Positions 7,899-18,316 of a DNA stretch of 64,000 nucleotides are shown one piece after another. Numbering within the stretch: position 1 is the stretch's first letter; every line of letters starts with the position of its first letter. The stretch is taken from contig CBDCCI010000001.1 of assembly GCA_965214705.1 (NCBI GenBank), forward strand, positions 160,001 to 224,000. Reading direction: 5' to 3'. Origin of the DNA: Alphaproteobacteria bacterium (GTDB taxonomy: Bacteria; Pseudomonadota; Alphaproteobacteria; UBA828). Position numbers and translations under genes: made by a program. The notes below the pieces were generated by a model that saw only the letters and a program-made list of their open reading frames with translations, did not search any database and was not told where the DNA came from.

Positions 7899-8654
7899 GT
7901 GTCAGAAGACGCCGGATCCAAGGCGGAAGCGCAGAACGGCCATACGCTGGAAGCGCGCGGCGTCACTGTCCGCTTCGAAGGCCTCACCGCTGTCGACAGC
8001 GTGGACGAGACCCTGCACCAGGGCGAGATCCTCGGCCTCATCGGCCCCAACGGCGCCGGCAAGACGACGCTTGTCAACGCCATGACCGGCTTCCAGGTGC
8101 CGGCCGCTGGCGAGGTGCTGCTCGGCGGCAAGGTGATCTCCAGGCTTACGCCCCACTGGATCAGGCGACACGGCGTGGCCCGCACCTTCCAGGCCGGGCG
8201 CCTCTTCCGCGACATGCCGGTAAGCGAGAATGTCGAGGTCGCCGGCGTGAGCCTCGGCCTCTCCCGCCGCAAGGCGCATGTGCAGGCAATGGAGATTCTT
8301 GAGTGGATCGGCCTCGCCGATCAGGCTCAAGACCCGGCGGGAGTGCTGCCCTATACCGACGAGCGCCGGGTCGGCATCGCCCGCGCGCTGGCGATGAACC
8401 CCACTTTTGTCCTGCTGGACGAGCCTGCGGCCGGGATGTCCGACCTTGAATGCGACGACGTGATGCACCTTGTGCGCGAGATACCGGAGCGCTTCGGCTG
8501 CGGCGTGCTGCTGATCGAGCACAACATGCGGGTCATCATGGGAGTCTGCGAGCGAATCCACGTGCTCGACAGCGGCCGGACCATCGCGCGGGGCACGCCT
8601 GCCGAGGTGCAGAGCAACGAGGCGGTCATCGCCGCCTACCTCGGCCACGAGTGA
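7899..8654 (+). CDS. LivG-like ABC ATP-binding protein
   Basis: GPNGAGKTT, GVARTFQ, LLDEPAAG, IEHNM, VIAAYLG; GTG start at 7899 inferred. Confidence 0.9.
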   Translation: MSEDAGSKAEAQNGHTLEARGVTVRFEGLTAVDSVDETLHQGEILGLIGPNGAGKTTLVNAMTGFQVPAAGEVLLGGKVISRLTPHWIRRHGVARTFQAGRLFRDMPVSENVEVAGVSLGLSRRKAHVQAMEILEWIGLADQAQDPAGVLPYTDERRVGIARALAMNPTFVLLDEPAAGMSDLECDDVMHLVREIPERFGCGVLLIEHNMRVIMGVCERIHVLDSGRTIARGTPAEVQSNEAVIAAYLGHE

Positions 8655-9406
8655 CGCGGATGCTCCTCTCAGTCGAAGACATCTACGTGCATTATGGCCG
8701 GGTTCCGGCCGTGCGCGGCGTCTCCATCGGCGTCAGCGAGGGCGAGATCGTCTGCGTCGTCGGCCCCAACGGCGCCGGCAAGTCGACGACGCTGCTCACC
8801 ATCTCGGGCGTCCTGCGGCCATCCCAGGGCACGATCAACTTCGACGGTCAGTCCATCGTCGGCCTCACACCGGAGGCAGTGGCGCGGCACGGCATCTCCC
8901 AGGTGCCGGAAGGCCGGCACGTCTTCACCACGCTGAGCGTCGAGGAGAACCTGCGGCTCGGCACCCGGATGCGCCGCGACCGGGCCGAGATCGAGGCAGA
9001 TTTCAAGCGGGTGCTGGAGCTCTTCCCGGTTCTGGCGGAGCGGCGCAGGGGGGCTGCGGGCAAGCTCTCCGGCGGCGAACAGCAGATGCTGGTGATCGGC
9101 CGGGCGCTTCTGACCAACCCCAGAATCATGACCATCGACGAGCCCTCGCTCGGGCTCGCGCCCAACCTGGTGGACCGGGTCTACGAGGTGTTGCTTGAGC
9201 TGAGGGAATCCCGGGGGCTCACGCTGCTGATCGTCGAGCAGAGCTCGGAGCGCGCGATCAAGGCGGCAGACCGCATCTACGTGCTGCGCAGCGGCGAGAT
9301 TCAGCTGGAAGGCGACGCCGCGGACCTGCAGGACGGCGAGAAGGTGCGCCAGGCCTATTTCGGCTTCACCGAAGGCGTGGAGCACGCGGGCGAGGCGACC
9401 TTCTGA
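8651..9406 (+). CDS. LivF-like ABC ATP-binding protein
   Basis: GPNGAGKST, VPEGRHVF, LSGGEQQML, DEPSLGLAP; GTGA overlap with the upstream gene. Confidence 0.9.
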   Translation: MTRMLLSVEDIYVHYGRVPAVRGVSIGVSEGEIVCVVGPNGAGKSTTLLTISGVLRPSQGTINFDGQSIVGLTPEAVARHGISQVPEGRHVFTTLSVEENLRLGTRMRRDRAEIEADFKRVLELFPVLAERRRGAAGKLSGGEQQMLVIGRALLTNPRIMTIDEPSLGLAPNLVDRVYEVLLELRESRGLTLLIVEQSSERAIKAADRIYVLRSGEIQLEGDAADLQDGEKVRQAYFGFTEGVEHAGEATF

Positions 9407-10323
9407 TGGAAGTCGTCGTCCAGGTCATCATCTCCAGCCTGAGCCTGGGGAGCTTCTACGCCCTTGGCGCTTTGGGTATCGGGCTACTCTTCGGCGTGCT
9501 CAGGCTGATCAACTTCGCCCACGGCGACTTCATTACGGTGGGCGGGTTCTCGCTGATCGTGCCGGCGACGGCGGTGGTCGCAGTCCCGCTGATCCTCGAC
9601 TTCCACCCGGTGGCGCTGATCATCTGCGTGGTGGGCGTGGTGGTGGTTTGGGCGCTTGCCTCCTATTTCCTGCTCTTCCGGCACATTCAGACGGCGCCGC
9701 CCGCCGTGCTGATGATCGCCTCGGTGGCGCTCAGCTTCTCGATCCAGAACCTCATCATCATGATCTACAGCGGGCGGCCGAAGGCGGTTGGCCTCTGGCC
9801 TGAGCTCACCGGCGTGATCCCGCTCTCGGACAAGGTGCAGGTGCCGATCCTGCAGCTCGTGATCGTGGCGGTGACCTGGATCCTGCTCATCCTGCTTACG
9901 ATCTTCCTGAGGCGCACGCCGATCGGCGTGGAAATGCGGGCCGCGGCCGAGGACTTCAGGATGGCGCGGATGCTCGGCGTCAATGCGACCCGGGTGATCG
10001 CGCTCGCCTTCGTCATCTCGGGCGCGCTCGCCGGCATCATGGCGCTGATGTACCACACGCAGACCGGCATCCTGAGCTTCCGCGGCGGCGTCTTCCTGAT
10101 GCTCTACGCCTTCATCGCCACGGTGATCGGCGGCATGGGCAGCCTGATCGGCGCCGTGGTCGGCGGCTACGTTGTGGGGATCTTCTCGACCGTGCTGATC
10201 GCGATCCTGCCCGAGGGCATGCGGGGCTTCCGCGACGCCTTCGTGTTCGGCCTGGTGGTGGTGATTCTGCTGGCCCGACCCCAAGGGCTGGTGCCGACCA
10301 GGGCGTTCAAAGAGCGGGTGTGA
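9406..10323 (+). CDS. LivH-like ABC permease
   Basis: INFAHG, G.EMRAAAED..MARMLGVN, IGGMGS, RPQGL. Confidence 0.9.
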   Translation: MEVVVQVIISSLSLGSFYALGALGIGLLFGVLRLINFAHGDFITVGGFSLIVPATAVVAVPLILDFHPVALIICVVGVVVVWALASYFLLFRHIQTAPPAVLMIASVALSFSIQNLIIMIYSGRPKAVGLWPELTGVIPLSDKVQVPILQLVIVAVTWILLILLTIFLRRTPIGVEMRAAAEDFRMARMLGVNATRVIALAFVISGALAGIMALMYHTQTGILSFRGGVFLMLYAFIATVIGGMGSLIGAVVGGYVVGIFSTVLIAILPEGMRGFRDAFVFGLVVVILLARPQGLVPTRAFKERV

Positions 10324-11387
10324 TGATCGACGCTACCACCCCGCTCATGCAGCGCATCCGGCACTTCTGGCCGGTGGTCAATCTGTGCATCGGGCTGCTC
10401 GTCATCACGGCGATCGTGGTCGCGCTCGACGACAGGATCCTGGCGCGGACGCTGACCGAGGGCCTGATCCGCGTCGTGATCGTGGTGGCGCTCTACATGT
10501 TCATTGGCAACTCCGGGATCATGTCGTTCGGCCACATCGGCTTCATGATGATCGGCGCCTACGCCACCGGCTGGCAGACCTGCTGCCCCTACACCCGCGA
10601 GATGTTCATGCCGGGGCTGCCGGGTTATCTGTTGGACAACAGCCATCATTTCGTGCTTGCGATCTTCCTGGCGGGGCTCTTGAGCGCCTTTGTGGCCCTG
10701 ATCGCGGGCATTGCGCTGATGCGATTATCGGGAATTGCCGCATCCATCGGCACCTTCGCTTTCCTGATGATCATCTATTCGGTCTATCTGCGCTGGAGCA
10801 CCTGGACCTCGGGCGCGAGCTCGGTGATCGGACTGCCGCAGACGACCACGCCCTGGGTCGCCTATTGCTATGCGGTGGTCACGATCTTCGCGGCCTTCTT
10901 CTATTCACGCTCCAAATTCGGCCTCGCGCTAAGGGCGTCGCGAGACGATGAGGTCGCGGCGAAGGCGGCCGGAGTCAACGTCATCGGCCAGCGCCTGCTC
11001 GCCTTCGTGATCAGCGCGTTCTTCTGTGGCATGGCGGGTGGCCTCTTCGGCCACTTCCTGGGGATGCTCACGGTCGACACCTTCTTCCTGAACCTGACGC
11101 TGATCACGCTGGCGATGCTAGTGATCGGGGGCATGCAAAGCCTCTCCGGTGCCGTCGTCGGCGTCGTGGTGCTGACCGTGGTGATCGACCTGCTCAAGAA
11201 CCTGGAGAGCGGGATGTTCGGCAAGGACGGCTTCGTGCTTCCCACCAGCAGCACCTGGGTGGTGGTGGGCGTGGTGATGATGCTGATCATCATCTTCCGC
11301 CGCAGCGGAATCACCCGGAACGCCGAGCTCTACTGGCCGTTCAAGAGCGACATCACCGCCGAGGGCGCGCTCAGGCGCCAGTCCTGA
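10320..11387 (+). CDS. LivM-like ABC permease
   Basis: SGIMSFGHIGF, G.ALRASRDDEVAAKAAGVN, LVIGGMQS. Confidence 0.9.
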   Translation: MMIDATTPLMQRIRHFWPVVNLCIGLLVITAIVVALDDRILARTLTEGLIRVVIVVALYMFIGNSGIMSFGHIGFMMIGAYATGWQTCCPYTREMFMPGLPGYLLDNSHHFVLAIFLAGLLSAFVALIAGIALMRLSGIAASIGTFAFLMIIYSVYLRWSTWTSGASSVIGLPQTTTPWVAYCYAVVTIFAAFFYSRSKFGLALRASRDDEVAAKAAGVNVIGQRLLAFVISAFFCGMAGGLFGHFLGMLTVDTFFLNLTLITLAMLVIGGMQSLSGAVVGVVVLTVVIDLLKNLESGMFGKDGFVLPTSSTWVVVGVVMMLIIIFRRSGITRNAELYWPFKSDITAEGALRRQS

Positions 11388-11607
11388 CCGGCGGCGCCGG
11401 GCGCTCGCTCCGTTCGCTTGGCTACGCGCCATTCGGCGCGGCGCGCAGTTGCGCGCTCCGAGCCTCCGGCTCGGCCCCCATCATGGCAGACTCTTCGTTG
11501 GGTTGCCGCGCGGCGCGGGCGACGTGAATGGTCGGGGCAAGTCCGGGCATGAAGAGAGGAGAACGGTGCGCCCGCTCCGCTGGCTAAGGCCACGTGCGGC
11601 GTGGCGT

Positions 11608-13230
11608 TCAGGCGCCTGCCGGGGCTTCGGCGGGGAGCGGCGGCTTGCCCAGGATCATGTCGGCCGCCTTCTCGGCGATCATGATGGTGGGCGCCGCGGT
11701 GTTGCTGCTGGTGATGAGCGGCATGACCGAGGCATCGACGACCCGGAGCCCCTCCGCGCCGCGCACGCGCAGCTCCGCGTCCAGCACGGCGCGCTCGTCG
11801 CGGCCCATGCGGCAGGTGCCGACCGGGTGCCAGACGGTGGTCAGGTTGGCCCTGATCCAGGCGTCGATCGCATCATCCGACCGCGCGCGCTCGCCGGGCG
11901 CGATTTCTTGGCCGCGGTAGGGGTCGAACGGTGTCTGGGCCATGATCCGCCGCGCGAAGCGGACCGCGTCGCGCATCACCCGACGGTCGGTCTCGGCGCT
12001 GAGCGTGTTGGCGTGGATCGCCGGCGGCCGGGATGCATCGGCTGCGGCGATGCGAACCTCCCCGCGGCTCTCGGGCCGGAGCTGGTAGCAGTGGGTGAGG
12101 AAGCCGTGCCGGCCCTGCTTCTTGCGGGTCACGTCCAGGGTGAGGCCGGGGATGAAGGTGACCTGGAGATCGGGCGCGTCGAGCCCGTCGCGGCTGCGCG
12201 CGAAGCCGCCGCCCTCCAGCGCGATGGAGGTGCCGGGCCCGGTGCCGAGGAGGTAGGCACGCAGGCAGGCCATCGCCGCGCGATCGGGCCGCAGCAGGCC
12301 GTAGAGCGCAACCGGTTGCGTGCAGGCGTACTGCACGTAGACGCCGGCGTGGTCCTGCAGGTTGCGCCCGACATCGGGGCTTGCCACCACGACTTCGATG
12401 CCGACGGAGCGGAGATGCTCGGGCGCGCCCACGCCCGAGAGCTGCAGCAGCTGGGGTGAGTTGATCGTGCCGGCGCAGAGGATCACCTCCCGCCGCGCGC
12501 GAATCTCGTGCCGCTGCCCGCCCCGGCGGTAAGCGACGCCCACACAGCGCCGACCCTCGAAGAGCAGCCGCTCGACATGGGCGCGAAGCACGAGACGCAG
12601 GTTGGGCCGCTCGCGCACCGGCAGGATGAAGGCGTGGCCGGTATTCACGCGGCGCCCGCGGTCGACGCAAAAATCCTGCCGGCCCATGCCTTCCTGCACC
12701 GCGCCGTTGAAGTCGTCGTTGCGCGGCAGGCCCAGCGTATCGCAGGCCTCGAGGAAGACGTCGTAAAGCGGGTTCGTCGAGGCGGCGCGGTTGACGCGGA
12801 GCGGGCCGTCGGTGCCGTGGTAGGCGTCTTGGCGGGAGCCGTGCCCCTCGGCCCGCTTGAAGTAGGGCAGCACGCTCTCGTAGTCCCAGCCGTCGAGGCC
12901 GAGCTGGCGCCAGCCGTCGTAATCCAGGCGGTTGCCGCGCATGTACATCATGCCGTTGATGGCGGAGGTACCGCCCAGCACCTTGCCGCGCGGCCAGGGG
13001 ATGCGGCGGCCGTCGAGATGGGGCTCCGGCTCGGTCTCGTAGCTCCAGTTGATCGAGCGCATGAAGTAGACGAGCCCCGCCATCAGCGGGATGTGGATGA
13101 AGGGATGGCGCGCCTCGCCGCCGGCCTCCAGCAGGGCCACGCTGGTCTTCGGATCGGCGGTAAGCCGGTTGGCCAGCACGCAGCCGGCGGTGCCGCCGCC
13201 GATCACGACGAAATCATGCTCGTCCGCCAT
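11608..13230 (-). CDS. GMC family flavoprotein oxidoreductase (choline dehydrogenase-like)
   Basis: GGGTAG, RGKVLGGTSAINGM, SPQLLQLSGVG, NLQDH, WHPVGTCRMG, VVDASVMP. Confidence 0.92.
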   Translation of the reverse strand: MADEHDFVVIGGGTAGCVLANRLTADPKTSVALLEAGGEARHPFIHIPLMAGLVYFMRSINWSYETEPEPHLDGRRIPWPRGKVLGGTSAINGMMYMRGNRLDYDGWRQLGLDGWDYESVLPYFKRAEGHGSRQDAYHGTDGPLRVNRAASTNPLYDVFLEACDTLGLPRNDDFNGAVQEGMGRQDFCVDRGRRVNTGHAFILPVRERPNLRLVLRAHVERLLFEGRRCVGVAYRRGGQRHEIRARREVILCAGTINSPQLLQLSGVGAPEHLRSVGIEVVVASPDVGRNLQDHAGVYVQYACTQPVALYGLLRPDRAAMACLRAYLLGTGPGTSIALEGGGFARSRDGLDAPDLQVTFIPGLTLDVTRKKQGRHGFLTHCYQLRPESRGEVRIAAADASRPPAIHANTLSAETDRRVMRDAVRFARRIMAQTPFDPYRGQEIAPGERARSDDAIDAWIRANLTTVWHPVGTCRMGRDERAVLDAELRVRGAEGLRVVDASVMPLITSSNTAAPTIMIAEKAADMILGKPPLPAEAPAGA

Positions 13231-13300
13231 GCTCCCCCCTGCATCGTGACAGCAACTCCCCTAGACTGCGCCGCCCCCAATCGCCAGAACGGACCCCGCC

Positions 13301-15256
13301 ATGGCCTTCGACACCCTGTTCAGCCCGATCACCGTGGGCGCCCGCGAGCTGCGCAACCGCATCGTCCACGTCGCCACGGTCACGGGCCTCGGCAAGGACC
13401 GCGCGGTGACGGATCGCCTGATCGCCTACCACGCGGCGCGGGCGTGCGGCGGCGCCGCGATGATCGTGACCGAGCTGATGAACGTCCATCCCACCAGCAG
13501 CGGCGCGCCGATCCTGGTGAGCCTCCACGACGAGGCCAACCTGGGCGGCCTCTCGCGCTGGGCCGAGGCAGTGGAGCGCCACGGCTGCCGGCTGATCGGC
13601 CAGCTCGGCCACATCGGCCGCCAACAGCTCTGGGGCCTCGATTCCGTGCCGCGCAGCGCATCGTCGCAGCCCGAGGCGCTCTACTGGAACACCGCCCGGC
13701 CGCTCGGCGAGGACGAGATACCGGGCATCGTTGCGGGCTATGCGGAGAGCGCGGAGCGGCTGAAGCGCGCGGGCTTCAGCGGGGTCGAGCTGCATGGCGC
13801 CCACGGCTACCTGATCGCGCAGTTCCTCTCGCCCGCCTGCAACGACCGGACGGACGGCTACGGCGGTAGCTTCGAGGGCCGCACCCGCTTCATGCGCGAG
13901 GTGATGGCGGCGGTGCGCGCCGCCTGCGGCGAGGATTTCATCGTCGGCATCAAGCTGCCGGCGGACGAGCGCGTGCCGGGCGGAATCGACCCCGACGAGG
14001 CGGAGCGCATCGCCCGCGCCGCTGCCGCTGAGGGCGTGCTCGATTATCTCTCCTTCAGCCAGGGCGCGTTCGGTCCCGCGTTCGATACCCATCTACCCGA
14101 CATGCATTACCCGCCCCGGCCGTTCCTGCCGCTCCACACGCGGCTCCGCGCGGCCGGCGGCGGGCTCCCGGTGATCGGCCTCGGCCGGATCGAATCGGCC
14201 CAAGCAGCGGAGACGGCGCTTGCCGAGGGCGCCTGCGACATGGTCGGCTTCAGCCGGCTGTTGATATCGGACGCCGATTGGCCGCGCAAGACGGAGGCCG
14301 GCCGCGCCGGCGACATCCGCGCCTGCACCTTCTGCAACTACTGCTGGGGCGAGATTCACGCGGGCAAGCCCATTCGCTGCTTCCAGAATCCCGTGCTGGC
14401 GAGCGCGGACGAGGCCGGCTGGCAGCCGCCGCCGGCCCGTGAGCGCAAGCATGTCGTGGTGGTCGGCGCCGGGCTCGCCGGTCTGGAGGCCGCGTGGGTC
14501 GCGGCGGCGCGCGGCCATGCGGCCACGGTGTTCTCGGCGAGTGCCGGGCCCGGCGGCGCGTCTCGTGTCGAGGCTCTGTTGCCGGGCCGGGCGGAGGTGG
14601 CCACGACCGCCGAATTCCAGCTTCGCAAAGCCGAAGAGGCTGGCGCCGACTTCCGCGTCGGCGAGCCCGCCACCGGAGCGGCCGTGATGGCGTGCGAGCC
14701 GGATGCGGTGATCCTCGCCACCGGCTCCCGGATGCGCTGGCCGCCGGCGCTGGCCGAGGGCGCGGACGCGGTCGACCTGCGCAGCGCCGTCGCAGACCTC
14801 GCCAAGAGCGATGCCGCGCCTGCGCCGGGCACGGCGGTGCTGCTCGATATGGACCAGACGCCTGCGGTCTACGGCGCGGTGGAGCTGCTGGCGCAGCACT
14901 TCGCCCGCGTCGTCCTGCTGACTCCGGCGGCGGAGAACGCCCGCTTCGTCAACCTGATGTCGCGCATGGGCGTGGAGCGCAGGCTGGCGCTGCTCGGTAT
15001 TGACGTGCGCCGCCTCACCGAGCCGGTGGCGCGCGCGGGCGACCGGGTCACCTGCCGCCACGTCATCACCGGCGCCGAGATGGTCATCGAGGATGTCGCG
15101 TTGCTGACCTACGCGACGCCGCGCGCGGTGCGGGACGAGCTTGCCGGCGATCTGGCGGAGGCCGGGGTCCCGGTCACGCTCATCGGCGACTGCCTGCTGC
15201 CTCGGGACGCGGCCTCCGCCATCCACGACGGCCACCGCGCCGCGCTGGCGCTCTGA
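13301..15256 (+). CDS. OYE/FadH-like NADH:flavin oxidoreductase with 4Fe-4S and Rossmann domains
   Basis: LRNRIVH, ELHGAHGYL..QFLSP..NDRTDGYGGS, CTFCNYC..C cluster motif, VVGAGLAG. Confidence 0.9.
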   Translation: MAFDTLFSPITVGARELRNRIVHVATVTGLGKDRAVTDRLIAYHAARACGGAAMIVTELMNVHPTSSGAPILVSLHDEANLGGLSRWAEAVERHGCRLIGQLGHIGRQQLWGLDSVPRSASSQPEALYWNTARPLGEDEIPGIVAGYAESAERLKRAGFSGVELHGAHGYLIAQFLSPACNDRTDGYGGSFEGRTRFMREVMAAVRAACGEDFIVGIKLPADERVPGGIDPDEAERIARAAAAEGVLDYLSFSQGAFGPAFDTHLPDMHYPPRPFLPLHTRLRAAGGGLPVIGLGRIESAQAAETALAEGACDMVGFSRLLISDADWPRKTEAGRAGDIRACTFCNYCWGEIHAGKPIRCFQNPVLASADEAGWQPPPARERKHVVVVGAGLAGLEAAWVAAARGHAATVFSASAGPGGASRVEALLPGRAEVATTAEFQLRKAEEAGADFRVGEPATGAAVMACEPDAVILATGSRMRWPPALAEGADAVDLRSAVADLAKSDAAPAPGTAVLLDMDQTPAVYGAVELLAQHFARVVLLTPAAENARFVNLMSRMGVERRLALLGIDVRRLTEPVARAGDRVTCRHVITGAEMVIEDVALLTYATPRAVRDELAGDLAEAGVPVTLIGDCLLPRDAASAIHDGHRAALAL

Positions 15257-15337
15257 CCCCCTATTCTCGGCACGGGCTTCCGGGGCCGCGTGCGTCGGGT
15301 TAAGTTGTGACACGAACACGCACGTAGGAGACCTGCC

Positions 15338-17359
15338 ATGGCAGGCGAGAAGGAAGTCCTCAAGACCACCTGCCCGCGCGATTGCTACGACGCCTGCGGC
15401 ATCGTCGCGATCAAGCGCGACGGAGCGATCACCCGCGTGCTCGGCGACCCCGACCACCCGGTGAGCCGGGGCGCGCTCTGCGGCAAGTGCGCGCTCGCCT
15501 ACAACGGTGTCTTCCGCGACCCGGAGGTGCGGCTGCAGACCCCGCTCAAGCGCGCCGGCGCCAAGGGCGACGGGCGCTTCGAGCCGGTCTCGTGGGACGA
15601 GGCCATTGGAGACATTGCTGCGCGCTTTAGAGAGATCGCCGCGGGCGACGGCGCCGACAAGATCGTGCACGCGCACTACACCGGCACCTGCTCGCTCATC
15701 GCCAACACCTTCCCGATGCGCTTCCTGGGCCGCCTCGGCGCCCGCGAGGTGGAGCCCGACACCGTGTGCAACATGGCCGGCCACGTGGCGCTCGACTACG
15801 CCATCGGTACCTCGGTGATCGGCTTCGACCCGCGCACAGCGAAGGATTCGAACTGCATTGTCGTCTGGGGCGCGAACCCGTCCGCCTCCGCGCCCCATCA
15901 GCACAAGCACTGGCTCAAGGAAGCGCCGGGGACGGTGATCGTGATCGACCCGGTGCGCCACCCGACCGCCGAGCAGGCCGACATGCACCTGCAGCCCTTC
16001 CCCGGCAGCGACGCGGCGCTGGCCTTCGCCATGGTCCACGTGCTGGTGCGTGACGGGCTGATCGACCGCGCCTTCCTCGATGCCCACACGCTCGGCTGGG
16101 ACGAGCTGGAGCCCGCCATCGCGCCCTGCACGCCGGCCTGGGGCGAGGCCCGCACCGGCGTGCCGGCGGCGCAGATCGAAGAGGCGGCGCGGATCTACGG
16201 CTCAGGGCCGGCGCTGCTCTGGCTCGGCCAGGGGCTGCAACGGCAAGCGATGGGCGGCAACGTGATGCGCGCCTGCGCCCTGCTGCCGGCGGTCACCGGC
16301 AACTTCGGCAAGCCCGGCGCCGGCTTGCTCTACCTCAATGGCAGCGGCCGGAAGGGCGTGGACGGTGACTATCTGTCGGGCGCCGCGCTGAGCCAGAGCC
16401 CGCCGAGCTTCAGCCAGATGGAGCTTGCGGCGCGGCTGGAAGACCCGGCGGACATCCAGGCCTTCCTTTGCTGGAACATCAACCCGGCAGCCTCCAGCCC
16501 GGAGCAGGCGCGGTTCCGCCGCGCGCTCATGCGGGAGGATCTCTTCACCGTGGTCCTGGACATCTTCCAGACCGACACAGCCGACTATGCCGATTACGTG
16601 CTGCCGGCGGCGTCGTTCCTCGAATTCGACGACTTGGTCTCGGGCTACTTCAACCTCTCCTTCTCGGCCCAGGCGAAGCTGCAGGAACCGCTCGGCGACT
16701 CTCTCCCCAACCAGGAGATTTTTCGCCGCCTCTCCCGCGCCATGGGCTTTGCCGAGCCGGAGCTCTACGAGCCGGACGACGAGATCATCGAGCGGATCAT
16801 GGGGCAGGTGGGTATCGAGGGCTCCTTCGACGACTTCAGGAAGACCGGTACGGTGTTCCCGACGACGGAGCCGATTATCCAGTTCCCCGATCTGGCGTTT
16901 CCGACGCCGAGCGGGAAGATCGAGATCGCCTCGGCCCGCGCGGAGACCGACGGCCACCCGCGCCTGCCGCTCGCGGAGGCCGATCCGAAGCCGGAGAACG
17001 GCCGGCTGCGCCTGCTCTCGCCGGCCTCGCCCTGGCTGATGAACGATTCCTACGCCAACGACCGGCGCATCGCCGAGCGCATGGGCGAAGCGACCGTGAC
17101 GCTCCACCCCGAGGACGCGACGGCCCTTGGCCTGTCCGAAGGGCAGCAGGTGCGGCTCAGCAACGACACCGGCAGCCTGGAGCTTGCGCTCGCGGTTGCC
17201 GAGACCATCCCGCAAGGCGTCGCGCTCAGCCCCAAGGGCCGCTGGCCGCGTCAGGAGGGCGCGCGCGCCAACGTCAACGTCCTCAACCCCGGCATCAAGT
17301 CGGACATGGGCGAGAGCACCTGCGTGCACGGCGTCGAGGTCGAGATCGCCGCGGTCTGA
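15338..17359 (+). CDS. Molybdopterin (Mo/W-bis-PGD) oxidoreductase, cytoplasmic, uncharacterised subfamily
   Basis: TCPRDCYDAC..LCGK Fe-S motif, VSWDEA, WGANP, TDTADYADYVLPAA, C-terminal molybdopterin-binding domain; no Tat signal. Confidence 0.9.
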   Translation: MAGEKEVLKTTCPRDCYDACGIVAIKRDGAITRVLGDPDHPVSRGALCGKCALAYNGVFRDPEVRLQTPLKRAGAKGDGRFEPVSWDEAIGDIAARFREIAAGDGADKIVHAHYTGTCSLIANTFPMRFLGRLGAREVEPDTVCNMAGHVALDYAIGTSVIGFDPRTAKDSNCIVVWGANPSASAPHQHKHWLKEAPGTVIVIDPVRHPTAEQADMHLQPFPGSDAALAFAMVHVLVRDGLIDRAFLDAHTLGWDELEPAIAPCTPAWGEARTGVPAAQIEEAARIYGSGPALLWLGQGLQRQAMGGNVMRACALLPAVTGNFGKPGAGLLYLNGSGRKGVDGDYLSGAALSQSPPSFSQMELAARLEDPADIQAFLCWNINPAASSPEQARFRRALMREDLFTVVLDIFQTDTADYADYVLPAASFLEFDDLVSGYFNLSFSAQAKLQEPLGDSLPNQEIFRRLSRAMGFAEPELYEPDDEIIERIMGQVGIEGSFDDFRKTGTVFPTTEPIIQFPDLAFPTPSGKIEIASARAETDGHPRLPLAEADPKPENGRLRLLSPASPWLMNDSYANDRRIAERMGEATVTLHPEDATALGLSEGQQVRLSNDTGSLELALAVAETIPQGVALSPKGRWPRQEGARANVNVLNPGIKSDMGESTCVHGVEVEIAAV

Positions 17360-17464
17360 ATCCGGGATGCAACGCAACTGAACCACACCGGTGTTGCCGG
17401 CGGCGCACTTCCGTCTAAATTGTCACCAGCCCCGCAGCACCCCTCAGCCTGAGAGAGCATCGCC

Positions 17465-18280
17465 ATGTCTGGAGCCGTCCAAGCGCAGATCAACTACATC
17501 CTTCCCACGGACGAAAAGCCGGTCACTTACCTGACCAATCCGGGCAGCAAGCCGGCACAGCGCAACGCCGAGTACCAGGAGGTCGAGGTCACGATCCGCG
17601 ACGCCCGGCCGACGGCGAATGCCCTCGATCTGGAGCGCGAGGGCTTCACCTTCAACACCGAGAAAAGCGCGGTCTCGGATTTCTTCGACAGCGACGAGAT
17701 CGAAGCGGTCTACAGCCCGGAGGTCGAGCGGCTCGTGAAGCAGGCGAGCGGCGCTGCCGAGGTGCTGGTCTTCGACCACACCATCCGCGTCGCCGATGAC
17801 ACGCTGCGGACCGAACGCAAGCTGCGCGAGCCCGTGCACGTGGCGCACAACGACTACACCCCCCGCTCGGCACCGCAGCGGGTGCGCGACCTGCTTCCGG
17901 CAGACCGCGCCGAGGCGCTGCTGGAGCACCGCTTCGCCGTGGTGCAGATGTGGCGCCCGATTGCGGGCCCGGTGCAGGACATGCCGCTCGCGATCTGCGA
18001 TGCCCAGAGCATCGACGAGCGGGACTTCGTGCTGACCGATCTGGTCTACACCCACCGCGTCGGCGAGGTGATGCAGCTCAGCCACAATCCTGGCCACCGC
18101 TGGTTCTACTTCCCCGACATGGACCCGGGCGAGGCGCTGATCTTCAAGACCTATGAATCGCTCGCCGACGGCCGGGCGCGGTTCACCGCCCACACGGCCT
18201 TCGCCGATCCCAACGCGCCGGCGGACGCGCGCCCGCGCCAGAGCATCGAATCCCGCACCCTCGCCTTCTTCGCACCCTGA
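17465..18280 (+). CDS. CmcJ/NvfI family oxidoreductase (putative Fe(II)-dependent oxygenase)
   Basis: LEREGF, VFDHTIR, HNDYT (HxD), WRPI..PLAICDA, HRWFYF, FTAHTAF, RQSIESR. Confidence 0.82.
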   Translation: MSGAVQAQINYILPTDEKPVTYLTNPGSKPAQRNAEYQEVEVTIRDARPTANALDLEREGFTFNTEKSAVSDFFDSDEIEAVYSPEVERLVKQASGAAEVLVFDHTIRVADDTLRTERKLREPVHVAHNDYTPRSAPQRVRDLLPADRAEALLEHRFAVVQMWRPIAGPVQDMPLAICDAQSIDERDFVLTDLVYTHRVGEVMQLSHNPGHRWFYFPDMDPGEALIFKTYESLADGRARFTAHTAFADPNAPADARPRQSIESRTLAFFAP

Positions 18281-18316
18281 GGGCGGCACACCCGGAGGGT
18301 GGCACACCGACAAGAA

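Noticed and set aside
11388-11607. GC-rich 220-bp gap between convergent genes with several short stems, possible sRNA
   Set aside because: Stems are short and expected at this GC content; no promoter or known RNA motif seen.
14093-16087. Long antisense or alternate-frame ORFs (664 aa here; also 53884-56307, 60782-62350, 48194-49582, 3375-4634, 26850-28328)
   Set aside because: They shadow well-supported genes, have no recognisable motifs and are expected in high-GC DNA with few stop codons.
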